From contig OZ251997.1 in the NCBI GenBank assembly GCA_965247095.1, forward strand, positions 3,264,001 to 3,328,000: a DNA stretch of 64,000 bases, given 5' to 3'. The DNA is from Candidatus Multivorans sp. Lineage in GTDB: Bacteria; Acidobacteriota; Thermoanaerobaculia; Multivoradales; Multivoraceae. This document shows, piece after piece, positions 42,158 through 52,099 of the stretch. Under the pieces are notes generated by a model. That model saw nothing but the letters and a program-made list of their open reading frames with translations, was not told where the DNA came from and did not search any database. The position numbers and the translations under genes are program-made. How positions within the stretch are numbered: position 1 is the first letter of the stretch; the number at the start of each line of letters is the position of its first letter.

Positions 42158-42775
42158 CTACAGGCGGGAGAGCCGGCGGAGGCTCAGGCGCAGAAGCTCC
42201 TGGAACTCGATGTCGGGGTGCTCGTGGAGCACCCTGGAGACGGCGCGCTGGGCTTCGTTCGAGCGGTAGCCGAGGTTGAGCAGGGCGCCGACGATCTGCT
42301 CCTGGTCGTCCTCCAGCTCCTGCTCCGGTTGTGGGGGCGGTGGTTCGCCGCCGGACTCGGACAGCAGCTTCTTCGCCTTTTCCTTCAACTCCAGGACCAT
42401 TCGCTCGGCGGTCTTGCGGCCGATACCCGGGATCCGGGTCAGAGTGGCGACGTTGGCGCCGGCGATGGCCGTCAGCAGGTCGGCGGTCGAACCGCCGGAG
42501 AGAACGACCTGGGCCAGCCGGGGTCCGACGCCGCTGACGCCGAGACAGTGTTCGAACAGGGTCCGCTCCGCCTCGCTCCAGAAGCCGAACAGTTCGATCG
42601 CGTCGGCGCGAACGTGCGTGTGGATGTGCAGACCGAACTCGACGTCGGCCTCGAGCCTGTCCAGCTCGTAGTAGGTCGACAGCGGGATGCGGACCGAGTA
42701 CCCGACGCCGCCTACGTCGAGAACCAGGAGTTCGGGCCCCAGGGCCTGACGACGCCCGCGCAGATAGCCGATCAA
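42158..42775 (-). CDS. ruvA: Holliday junction DNA-binding protein RuvA
   Basis: TTG start, IGYLRG, GGVGY, LFGF, VSGVGPRLA, IPGIGRKTAER and AL..LGY. Confidence 0.94.
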   Translation of the reverse strand: MIGYLRGRRQALGPELLVLDVGGVGYSVRIPLSTYYELDRLEADVEFGLHIHTHVRADAIELFGFWSEAERTLFEHCLGVSGVGPRLAQVVLSGGSTADLLTAIAGANVATLTRIPGIGRKTAERMVLELKEKAKKLLSESGGEPPPPQPEQELEDDQEQIVGALLNLGYRSNEAQRAVSRVLHEHPDIEFQELLRLSLRRLSRL

Positions 42776-42798
42776 AGCGGGGGCGGCGCTCGCGGCGG

Positions 42799-44751
42799 TC
42801 AGGTACCGGCCGCTTCGGTCTCGCCGAGACCGAAGTTTTCGATGAAGTCCTTCGTGTAGCTGACGCCCAGCTCTTCGCGCACGCGCCCGAGCACGGACTG
42901 CAGCATGATCAGGCTGCGTTCGGACAGGAGTTGGCTCCGCGTCGCCTCCGGGTCGAACTGGGCCGGATCGAAGGACACCCGTTCGGTGACCTCGAACAGC
43001 ACCCCGCCGAACGGCGTGTCGACCGGGCCGCCGAACTGACCCGCGGAGAGGGCGAAGACTTGCCGAGACAGGCCCGGCATTCCACCCAGGGCGCCGATGG
43101 GCTGGCGCACGCCGAAGCTGCCGCTCTCCTCCACCACTGCGTCGAACTCGTTCGCCGCGTCGTCCAGGCTCAGTCCCCCGTCCAGCCGCAGCTTCGTCTC
43201 GGTGAGTGCGGCGGTCAGCAGTTCGCCCTCCTTCTGCTGGCGCACAGCTTCGCGCACGCCGGCCTCGACCTCCGCGAACTCCGCGTCGCGGGGCGGCAGC
43301 ACTTCCAGCAGCGACAGGAGAGCCCACCCCGCCGCGATTCGAACCGGCTGCGACCAGGCGCCGGTTTCGAGGCCGAACGTTTCGGAGGAGAAGTTGAAGT
43401 TGCGGCCCACGCCGGGAACCGAATCATCCTCGCCGAACGGCTCGGTGACCTCGAAACCGAGCCCCTCGGCAGCGGCCAGCTCCCGGGCTTCGGTTTCGCC
43501 TTCGAAGGATTGGTCTCCCAGCCTCTCGGCGAGGGCGTCAATGCGGCGCCGGCCCTCCTCCTCCGCCTTGCCGGCGAGGAGCTGGACGCGGATGAGGTTG
43601 CTCACTTCCTCCAGCGTCTGCCGGCCGCCTTCGCGACGGTCGTGGACGCGGATCAGGTGATGGCCCGTGCGGGGTCCGAGCTGATTCTCGATCGGGCCGA
43701 CAAGGTCACCGCTGGCGGCAGCGAAGGCCGCTTCCTCGAAGGGCCGGGTCATGGCGCCGCGGCCGAAGTAGCCGAGGTCGCCGCCCGACGCGCTGGTCGC
43801 CTCGTCGTCCGAGTGCTCGGTGGCCAGTGCGGCGAAGTCCGCGCCGGCCTCGATGCGCCTGCGCAGATCGTTCAACAGGGCCCGCGCCTGCTCGCCGCTA
43901 CGGTTCTCCGTCTCGAGCAGGAGGATGTGGCTGGCCCGCACCTGTTCCGGTACCTCGAACTGCGCGGCGTTGTCGTCGTAGTACTGCTGGACCTCTTCGT
44001 CGGTCACTTCGAGTTCCGCGCGGACCGTGTTCGTGTTGACCAGGAGGTAGCCGACCCGCCTGCGCTCGGGCAGCCCGAAGTCGTCCCGGTTCGCCTCGAA
44101 GAAGGCGGCGGTCTCGTCGCTCGAAGGTTCTGCCGCGGCGGCGTAACGGCTGGCCGGTACCTGGATGTAGCGGATGGCTGCCCGCTCGGCGGCGTCGCGG
44201 GCACGCTGTTCAACCTCGGCGTCGGAGACGTGGGCAACCTCGCCCAGCGCCGCCTGGAGCTTGGTCACCAGCAGGGACGTGCGCAGCTCAGCCTCGAACT
44301 CATCGACCGTGTACCGGTTCGCGCGCAGGAGATTCTGGTACTGGCGCGCACCGATGAAGTTGCCGTCAGCGTCGCTCAGGTCGGGTATGGAGAGGATCTG
44401 CTCCTGCAACTCCTCGTCGCTGACGGTCAGTCCCATCCGCTCGGCCTCCCGGGTGAGAAGGCGGTCGTTGATCAGAGCTTCGAGCGCCTGCACGGGCAGT
44501 TGCAATTGATCGGCGAGATCCGCGGTGAAGGCGTCGCCGTAGATGTCCCGGTAGCGGCGTTCGGCGTTCCGGTAGCTGCGCTCGAATTCGGCGAAGGTGA
44601 TGTCTTCCCGGCCCACCTTGGCGGCAACCGTGTTGATCTGGGTGCCGTTGAGCGATTGGAAGTCGGTGAAGACCAGGAGCACGAACACCCCCGCGAGCCC
44701 GATCGCCAGCGGATAGAAGCTCTTGATGTTCTTGCGGATGACGTTGAGCAT
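42799..44751 (-). CDS. PpiD/SurA-like periplasmic chaperone / parvulin PPIase
   Basis: N-terminal TM anchor, SurA N-domain and parvulin motif ASHIL...F..LA..HSDD...GGDLG. Confidence 0.88.
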   Translation of the reverse strand: MLNVIRKNIKSFYPLAIGLAGVFVLLVFTDFQSLNGTQINTVAAKVGREDITFAEFERSYRNAERRYRDIYGDAFTADLADQLQLPVQALEALINDRLLTREAERMGLTVSDEELQEQILSIPDLSDADGNFIGARQYQNLLRANRYTVDEFEAELRTSLLVTKLQAALGEVAHVSDAEVEQRARDAAERAAIRYIQVPASRYAAAAEPSSDETAAFFEANRDDFGLPERRRVGYLLVNTNTVRAELEVTDEEVQQYYDDNAAQFEVPEQVRASHILLLETENRSGEQARALLNDLRRRIEAGADFAALATEHSDDEATSASGGDLGYFGRGAMTRPFEEAAFAAASGDLVGPIENQLGPRTGHHLIRVHDRREGGRQTLEEVSNLIRVQLLAGKAEEEGRRRIDALAERLGDQSFEGETEARELAAAEGLGFEVTEPFGEDDSVPGVGRNFNFSSETFGLETGAWSQPVRIAAGWALLSLLEVLPPRDAEFAEVEAGVREAVRQQKEGELLTAALTETKLRLDGGLSLDDAANEFDAVVEESGSFGVRQPIGALGGMPGLSRQVFALSAGQFGGPVDTPFGGVLFEVTERVSFDPAQFDPEATRSQLLSERSLIMLQSVLGRVREELGVSYTKDFIENFGLGETEAAGT

Positions 44752-45131
44752 TGACGTGGCTCCCTGCAGGATGCCCCGAAGGCGCGGGCGATGGTATCAG
44801 GATCGGCACGCTTGGTGGTGGTTCGGCGGCGCGGTCGTCAAGCCCTTGCCGGGCCCTCGACGCGAGTCGGCAGTTGAGGCGAAACTCGTTCAAATGCAGG
44901 GGCTTCCCCAATGGTCGGGGCGACTCCCTGTGTTATCTTCGGGGCGTCTCGCGGGTGTCGTTTGCCCGCGTCCGACGATAGGAATCCGAACTTGCTGATG
45001 ACAAGTCCGCCCGTGACGGCGACGACCCGAGGTCTGGCAGCCGGCGTCACGGCCCGCGCGTCCTCGCCTGACGGCGGCTCGGAGTTCGGGCTCACACGAC
45101 CCCGGCAGGCCCCGACCTAGAGGTTCGGTCC

Positions 45132-46148
<1,017 letters not shown>

Positions 46149-46190
46149 AGCTAAGACCTCGCAGGTTCCTGACCGGAGAGAACATTCATC

Positions 46191-47027
46191 ATGAGCGAGC
46201 GTCGGGTTGCGGTCCTGTTCGCCGCTTTCCTGGCTGTCCTCCTTGCGCTCCTGACGCTTCAGGCGCCGCAGCGGGCAGGCGACATCGCGCTGTGGGTGGA
46301 AGGACCGATCAAGCGGTTCGTCGCCGCCGTTGCCGGGGCTGTCGACGGGTACCGGGAGAAGCGGTCGACGATGGCCGCGCTGGAGCGCGAGAACGAGGAA
46401 CTGCGGAATCGGCTGCGCGAGGTCGAGTCCGCCTACGCGGCCGCCGTGGGCGTACGCCTGGAGGCCGACCTGGTCGCAGAGCCGTTGCTCTACGAGCCGT
46501 CGCCGGATACGGATCTGCTGAGGGCGGACATCGTCTATGTGGATCACCACTCGTGGCGGCGAACGGCCATCCTGTACCTGCCTGGCGGCAGAGACCGGGA
46601 CGACTGGGCGCGGAGAGCGGTGACCACTACTGACGGTCTGTTGGGCCGGGTCATCTCAGTCAGGGGCAAGTATGCGCGGGTGCTCCTGGTCACCGACCGG
46701 GAGTCGTCCGTGGGCGCGATGATCGAGCGTACCCGCCGTCAAGGCATCGTCCGCGGCGCCGACGCCGGCGCCCTCTCGCTCATGTTCATGCCGTTGCAGG
46801 TCGACGTGCGGCTGGGCGATCGTGTGATCACAGCCGGCATCGACGGTGTGTTCCCCCGCGGCATCCCGCTCGGCACGATCACGTCGGTGGAGTCGGACGG
46901 CGATCTGTTCCACGACATCCGGGTCGTCCCGAGTGTCGATCTGGCTTCGCTCGGCCATGCCTTCGTGTGGCGCCGTGAAGCGGTTCCCGAGGCCTTCATG
47001 GACGGCGGGGATGGCATCGGCCGCTAG
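46191..47027 (+). CDS. mreC: Rod shape-determining protein MreC
   Basis: TM, coiled coil (LERENEELR), GLLGRV and GD.VITAG.DGVFPRGIP.G. Confidence 0.9.
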   Translation: MSERRVAVLFAAFLAVLLALLTLQAPQRAGDIALWVEGPIKRFVAAVAGAVDGYREKRSTMAALERENEELRNRLREVESAYAAAVGVRLEADLVAEPLLYEPSPDTDLLRADIVYVDHHSWRRTAILYLPGGRDRDDWARRAVTTTDGLLGRVISVRGKYARVLLVTDRESSVGAMIERTRRQGIVRGADAGALSLMFMPLQVDVRLGDRVITAGIDGVFPRGIPLGTITSVESDGDLFHDIRVVPSVDLASLGHAFVWRREAVPEAFMDGGDGIGR

Positions 47028-47538
47028 GTTTGCCGGCGTCCTGGCAGCAGTGGCCCTGGTCGAACTGCTTCTGGGCGGGTTCTTCCCGGCAGTTGCCGAT
47101 CTCGTCGACCTCTTCGTGCTCCTGGTCGTCCTGAACAGCTTGAGGGGCAACTCGTTTCGCGGTCTCGCCGGCGGTCTGGCCGCGGGCCTGGTCCAGGACA
47201 TGTTCACCTCCTCGATGTACGGTCTGCACAGTCTGGCGTGCTGCGTCGTCGGATACGGCGGGGCGCGTGTGTCGCAGCGGATCTTCACCAGCCAGCGCGT
47301 GGTTTCAGGGCTGCTGATCGTGGTCGGGGTGCTGGTTCACCAGGTGATCGTGATCGGCCTGCTCGCGACGCTCGATATCGCCCAGTTCAATCCCGGGGTG
47401 GTCGCGGTGCTGTTGCGTAGTCTCGTGACCACAGCGATCGGCCTGGTCGCCCTCTGGGTGGCCGGCCTGGTGCGAGGGTGGATGGAGAAGCGGACGAAGC
47501 GGCGTACACTGGAACCGGGACGAGCCCGATTCGGCTGA
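47011..47538 (+). CDS. mreD: Rod shape-determining protein MreD
   Basis: Hydrophobic, G...GL.QD motif; position between mreC and mrdA. Confidence 0.82.
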   Translation: MASAARFAGVLAAVALVELLLGGFFPAVADLVDLFVLLVVLNSLRGNSFRGLAGGLAAGLVQDMFTSSMYGLHSLACCVVGYGGARVSQRIFTSQRVVSGLLIVVGVLVHQVIVIGLLATLDIAQFNPGVVAVLLRSLVTTAIGLVALWVAGLVRGWMEKRTKRRTLEPGRARFG

Positions 47539-47600
47539 TTAGGCGTTCCCGATTGGGCTGATTAGCCATCCCGATTGGACTGATTGAAGGTGTTTGGAAG

Positions 47601-49400
47601 GTGACCCTGGAAACTCCCGGCCACGAGTACAGCGCGGACCGCGTGCTGCTCATCATGGCGACCCGCCTGAAGTGGCTCGCCGCATCGCTTGCGGTGGGGT
47701 TCTTCGTCGTTCTGAGTTCCTACTGGTACTTCCAGATCGTTCGCTCGGAGCACTACTGGCGGTTGGCCGAGAACAACCGGCTGCGGGTCTTCCGCCTGGA
47801 GGCGCCGCGGGGCCTGATCTACGACCGTTCCGGTCGGCTCCTGGTCGAGAATGCGCCCACTTTCAGTCTCCTGATCGACCGCAGCCTGAGCGCCGATCTG
47901 AATGGCAGTGTGGCGTTTGCGGCGAGCATCCTGGAACGCGACCAGGAAGAACTGAGCTCTTCGCTCAAGCGCTACCGGGGCGTGGCCCGGGATGTCCCGG
48001 TGCTCCTTGCCGAGGACTTGCAGTTGAACCAGGTCGCCCGGTTCGAGGTCGCGATTCCGGAGCACCCGGAGTTCGACATCGCCGCCACGCGTCGACGCCT
48101 CTACCGCTACGGCGACCAGACCGCGCATCTTCTGGGATACCTCAGCGAGCCAACGGCAGTTGACCAGGAACGGGACCGGACACTCGTCGCCGCCGACATG
48201 ATCGGTCGCAGCGGCGTCGAGCTATTGCGCGATCGGACGTTGCGCGGGAGGGCAGGCGAGCGCACCGTGGTCGTCGACAGCCGGGGTCGCCTCATGCCGG
48301 GCGAGGATGTCGATCGGACCGACGCGCAGCCGGGCGGTTCCGTCACCCTCACCATCGACCTCGGGTTGCAGCAGGAAGCGCAGAAGCTGCTCGAGGGCAA
48401 GGTAGGCGCCATCGTGGCTCTCGACCCCAGGGACGGTGCGGTTCGGGCCATGGTCTCCTCGCCGTCCTTCGATCCGAATGGCTTTGCCGGCCGGCTCAAC
48501 CAGGAAGACTGGGAGCAGATCGTTGGGGCGCCGCACAAACCCCTTCAGAACCGGGCCATCCACAACGCCTACCCGCCGGGTTCGGTGTTCAAGATCGCGA
48601 TGGCGGTGGCAGCGCTGTCGGATGGATTGATCGATCCGGAAGAACAGATCTACTGCGGTGGCTCTGTTCGGTTGTACAACCGCCGCTGGCGTTGCTGGCA
48701 GTCGAGAGGTCATGGCCGTCTCAACCTCCGGGGCGCCCTCCAGCACTCCTGCGACATCTACTTCTACCGGCAGGGCAGGAAGATGGGGATCGAGACGATT
48801 GCCCGCTACGCTCGTGCACTGGGACTCGGTGTGCGGACCGGTATCGAGTTTCCCGGCGAGCGCGAGGGACTGGTGCCTGATCCGGAGTGGAGTCTGACCA
48901 GCCGGGGGCTGCCCTGGTACCCGGGTGAGACGATCTCGGTTGCGATCGGTCAGGGACCGGTGCTGACTTCGCCGCTTCAGGTTGCCGTGATGACCGCGGC
49001 GGTGGCCAACGGGGGATCGCGGGTGTGGCCCTACGTGCTGGAGGGTGGGGCGCAGCCGCTGGCGCCGATCGAAGTGGATGCCGAGGTGATCGCCTTTGTC
49101 AGGGAGGCATTGGCGAACGTGGTCGCGAATGGGACCGGACGCAGAGCGAAGAGCCCGATGGTGTCGATCGCGGGTAAGACCGGCACCGCCCAGGTCATCG
49201 CTCAGGCGACGTGGACCCGATCCGAGGATCTCCCCTTCAAACACAGGGACCACGCCTGGTTCACCTCCTATGCGCCGGTCGAGGCGCCGGAGCTGGTCGT
49301 CGTCGTGTTCGTCGAGCACGGAGGACGGGGCGCCGAAGTTGCGGCGCCTCTGGCGAGGCGGATGCACGAGACGTACTTTGGTTCTCCCGTCCAGACTTGA
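47601..49400 (+). CDS. mrdA: Penicillin-binding protein 2
   Basis: APRGLIYDR.G, YPPGSVFK (SxxK), SCD and KTGT. Confidence 0.94.
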   Translation: MTLETPGHEYSADRVLLIMATRLKWLAASLAVGFFVVLSSYWYFQIVRSEHYWRLAENNRLRVFRLEAPRGLIYDRSGRLLVENAPTFSLLIDRSLSADLNGSVAFAASILERDQEELSSSLKRYRGVARDVPVLLAEDLQLNQVARFEVAIPEHPEFDIAATRRRLYRYGDQTAHLLGYLSEPTAVDQERDRTLVAADMIGRSGVELLRDRTLRGRAGERTVVVDSRGRLMPGEDVDRTDAQPGGSVTLTIDLGLQQEAQKLLEGKVGAIVALDPRDGAVRAMVSSPSFDPNGFAGRLNQEDWEQIVGAPHKPLQNRAIHNAYPPGSVFKIAMAVAALSDGLIDPEEQIYCGGSVRLYNRRWRCWQSRGHGRLNLRGALQHSCDIYFYRQGRKMGIETIARYARALGLGVRTGIEFPGEREGLVPDPEWSLTSRGLPWYPGETISVAIGQGPVLTSPLQVAVMTAAVANGGSRVWPYVLEGGAQPLAPIEVDAEVIAFVREALANVVANGTGRRAKSPMVSIAGKTGTAQVIAQATWTRSEDLPFKHRDHAWFTSYAPVEAPELVVVVFVEHGGRGAEVAAPLARRMHETYFGSPVQT

Positions 49401-50508
49401 TCCGCGGACCCTGGCGCGCCAGGTCCGTTCCATCTCATGGCAACTTCTCGGCTCAGCGCTCGCTCTGTCGGTGATCGGCCGGCTCCTGATCTCGAGCGTG
49501 ATCTCGAGCGCTTCGGCTGAACTGTCGACCAACTACGTATCGCGCCAGTCGTTGTGGATCGTCGTGGGTGTGGTGGTCCTGGTCACCGCGGCATTGGTCG
49601 ACTACGCCGTGCTGCTTCGGCACGCCTTCTGGATTTACGCGGTGGCGGTGGTGGCGGTGGCCGCGGTCACGTTCTTCGGCCACGAGGCCGGCGGCGCTCG
49701 CAGTTGGATCGGCATCGGCGGTTTCGGGGGCCAGCCGTCCGACTTCTGCAAGATCGCGACCGTTCTCTTGCTGGCCCGGCGCCTGGTCCGTTCCCAGACA
49801 CCGGTTCCCCTTCGCGGGGGGCTGTGGGCAACGGCAGCGATCGTCGCGGTTCCCGCGCTGCTGATCGCGAGGCAGCCGGACATGGGCGGTGCTCTGATGT
49901 TCGTGCCCGTGCTCGCCGCCATGCTGGCCACCACCGGTGTCAGCGTCCGGTCGGCGCTCGCCGCCGTTGCCTTGGCTGGGGCCCTGGCCGGCGGCCTCTG
50001 GGTCTTCGCGCTGCAGGATTATCAGAAGGAACGCGTCCTGAGTTACTTCCGACCCCAGGCGGATCCCCTGGGGTCGGGATACCAGGTCCGCCAGAGCAGG
50101 ATCGCAGTGGGTTCGGGCCAGGCTCTGGGCAAGGGCTACGGCGAGGGGACGCAGTCCAACCTGCGCTTCCTGCCGACCCCTCACACCGACTTCGTGTTCG
50201 CGGTGCTGGCCGAGGAGTACGGATTCGCCGGGGTCACCCTCGTCATGGCTCTGTTCCTCCTCTACCTGGGGAACGGCGTCCGCATCGCGCTGGCGGCGCG
50301 GGATCCGGCAGGTCTGTTGCTCGTGGTCGGGCTTCTGGCCTTCATCACCGGCCACGTTCTCTACAATACGGCGATGGTGGTCGGGCTGCTGCCGATCACC
50401 GGCATTCCGCTGCCCTTCCTGAGCTACGGCGGCTCCTTCATGCTCTTCTGCTACGCGGCCACCGGACTGATGATCGGCCTCGACCTGCGGCGTTTCGTCA
50501 ACGTCTGA
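49378..50508 (+). CDS. rodA: Peptidoglycan glycosyltransferase RodA
   Basis: GARSWI, QPSDF.K, QPDMG, GYQ..QS.IAVGSG, HTDFVF and PFLSYGGS. Start approximate. Confidence 0.93.
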   Translation: MVLPSRLDPRTLARQVRSISWQLLGSALALSVIGRLLISSVISSASAELSTNYVSRQSLWIVVGVVVLVTAALVDYAVLLRHAFWIYAVAVVAVAAVTFFGHEAGGARSWIGIGGFGGQPSDFCKIATVLLLARRLVRSQTPVPLRGGLWATAAIVAVPALLIARQPDMGGALMFVPVLAAMLATTGVSVRSALAAVALAGALAGGLWVFALQDYQKERVLSYFRPQADPLGSGYQVRQSRIAVGSGQALGKGYGEGTQSNLRFLPTPHTDFVFAVLAEEYGFAGVTLVMALFLLYLGNGVRIALAARDPAGLLLVVGLLAFITGHVLYNTAMVVGLLPITGIPLPFLSYGGSFMLFCYAATGLMIGLDLRRFVNV

Positions 50509-50549
50509 TCAGCCTGCGTCCGCGCAGTCACAATAGATCGCCCACGTGT

Positions 50550-52043
50550 ATGGACAGAGAGCTTCTGGTTGAAGGCGACACGCTCCAGACGCGGGTAGCT
50601 CTAGTCGAGTCCGGCCGGTTGGTGGAACTCTTCATCGAGCGCCGCGGGCGCCGGGGCCTGGTCGGCAACCTCTACAAGGGCCGGGTGCGCCGGGTCTTGC
50701 CCGGCATGAGAGCGGCCTTCGTGGATCTCGGACTGGAGCGTGACGGCTACCTCTGGGTCGAGGACGTGGTCGACGCGGGGCCTGGAGAGCGAGGCCCTGA
50801 GCCCACCTCTGGCCGCGCGGCGGGCCGGGAGGCGTTGCCGCCGATCGACGGCATGCTGCGCCGGGGTCAGGATCTGATCGTCCAGGTCACCAAGGACGGG
50901 CTCGGGGGCAAGGGAGCGCGCATCACCAGCCAGATCACGCTTCCCGGCCGCTACCTGGTGTTGACGCCGACCGGCGACCGTGTGGGTATCTCGAGGCGCA
51001 TCGAGGACGCGGACGAACGGGATCGCCTGAGGCGAGCGGTCCTGGCTGGTTGCGACGACTCCGCCGTTGCGCCTGGTTGCATCGTACGTACCGCGGCTGA
51101 CGGCGTGGCGGAAGAGCACATCCACACGGAGTACGAGGAGCTTGCGGCGACCTGGCGGCGGATCGAGGAGCGGACGGAGGCCGCGGCTGCGCCGGCTTTG
51201 CTCCACCGCGAGGACGAGCTGGATGTGCGGGTGATCCGGGACCTTTTCTCCGCCGATTTCGGTTCGCTGCTGGTCGACGGAGTTGACGCCTACCGACGGA
51301 TCGCGGAATACCTCGGGCGGGTGCAGCCGGAGCTCCTCGAACGGGTCGAGCGGGCCCGGAGAGGGCTGTTCCAGCGCTACCGGATCGACGACGCGATCGA
51401 AGCTGCGCTACGTAACCGCGTGCCGCTGCCGTCGGGCGGGTATCTGGTGATCAACCAGACCGAGGCCCTGGTCGCGATCGACGTCAATACCGGCCGCGAC
51501 GTCGGCGCCGCGGACTTCGAAGAAACGATTCTCCGGACCAACCTGGAGGCGAGCGCGGAGGCGGCCCGCCAGATCCGGCTACGCGATCTGTCCGGCATCC
51601 TGGTCATCGATCTGATCGACATGGAGCGCGAGGACCACCGCGAGCAGGTGTTCGCCCGCCTGGAGGCGGAGCTCCAGAAGGACCGCGCCAGACACAAAGT
51701 GCTCGACATCTCGGAATTCGGCCTGGTCCAACTGACCCGCCGGCGCAGCCACGCGAACCTGGAGAAGCTGCTCACCCGGGACTGCCCCTACTGTCAGGGG
51801 GCGGGCCGCATCAAGTCGGTTGCGACGATCTGTCTGGAGCTGCGACGAGCCTGTCTGGCCCGGGCCGCGAGCGGCGCCCGTCAGTTGGCGGTGCGGGTCC
51901 ACCCTGAGGTCCTGGACGGCCTGCGCGGCGCCGAATCGGCAGTGCTGGACGGCCTGCAGGGGGCGTTCGAAGCACCGGTCCTGGTTCAGGCGGACACGGA
52001 GTTGCATCGCGAGCACTTCGTCGTCGCAGGGGAGAGGGTCTGA
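50550..52043 (+). CDS. rng: Ribonuclease G/E family
   Basis: GNLYKGRV..VLPGM.AAFVD S1 domain, IDVNTG, QIRLRDLSG...ID.IDM and CPYC.G.G. Confidence 0.93.
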   Translation: MDRELLVEGDTLQTRVALVESGRLVELFIERRGRRGLVGNLYKGRVRRVLPGMRAAFVDLGLERDGYLWVEDVVDAGPGERGPEPTSGRAAGREALPPIDGMLRRGQDLIVQVTKDGLGGKGARITSQITLPGRYLVLTPTGDRVGISRRIEDADERDRLRRAVLAGCDDSAVAPGCIVRTAADGVAEEHIHTEYEELAATWRRIEERTEAAAAPALLHREDELDVRVIRDLFSADFGSLLVDGVDAYRRIAEYLGRVQPELLERVERARRGLFQRYRIDDAIEAALRNRVPLPSGGYLVINQTEALVAIDVNTGRDVGAADFEETILRTNLEASAEAARQIRLRDLSGILVIDLIDMEREDHREQVFARLEAELQKDRARHKVLDISEFGLVQLTRRRSHANLEKLLTRDCPYCQGAGRIKSVATICLELRRACLARAASGARQLAVRVHPEVLDGLRGAESAVLDGLQGAFEAPVLVQADTELHREHFVVAGERV

Positions 52044-52099
52044 CACCTGCGGCGGACGGGCCGGAGCGCCGGTTCGAGTTCGACGGCCTGGCCGGCGCC

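Noticed and set aside
44752-45131. Riboswitch or ncRNA upstream of mreB
   Set aside because: A hairpin (CCGTGACG…CGTCACGG) is present but no recognisable aptamer motif; consistent with a divergent promoter region.
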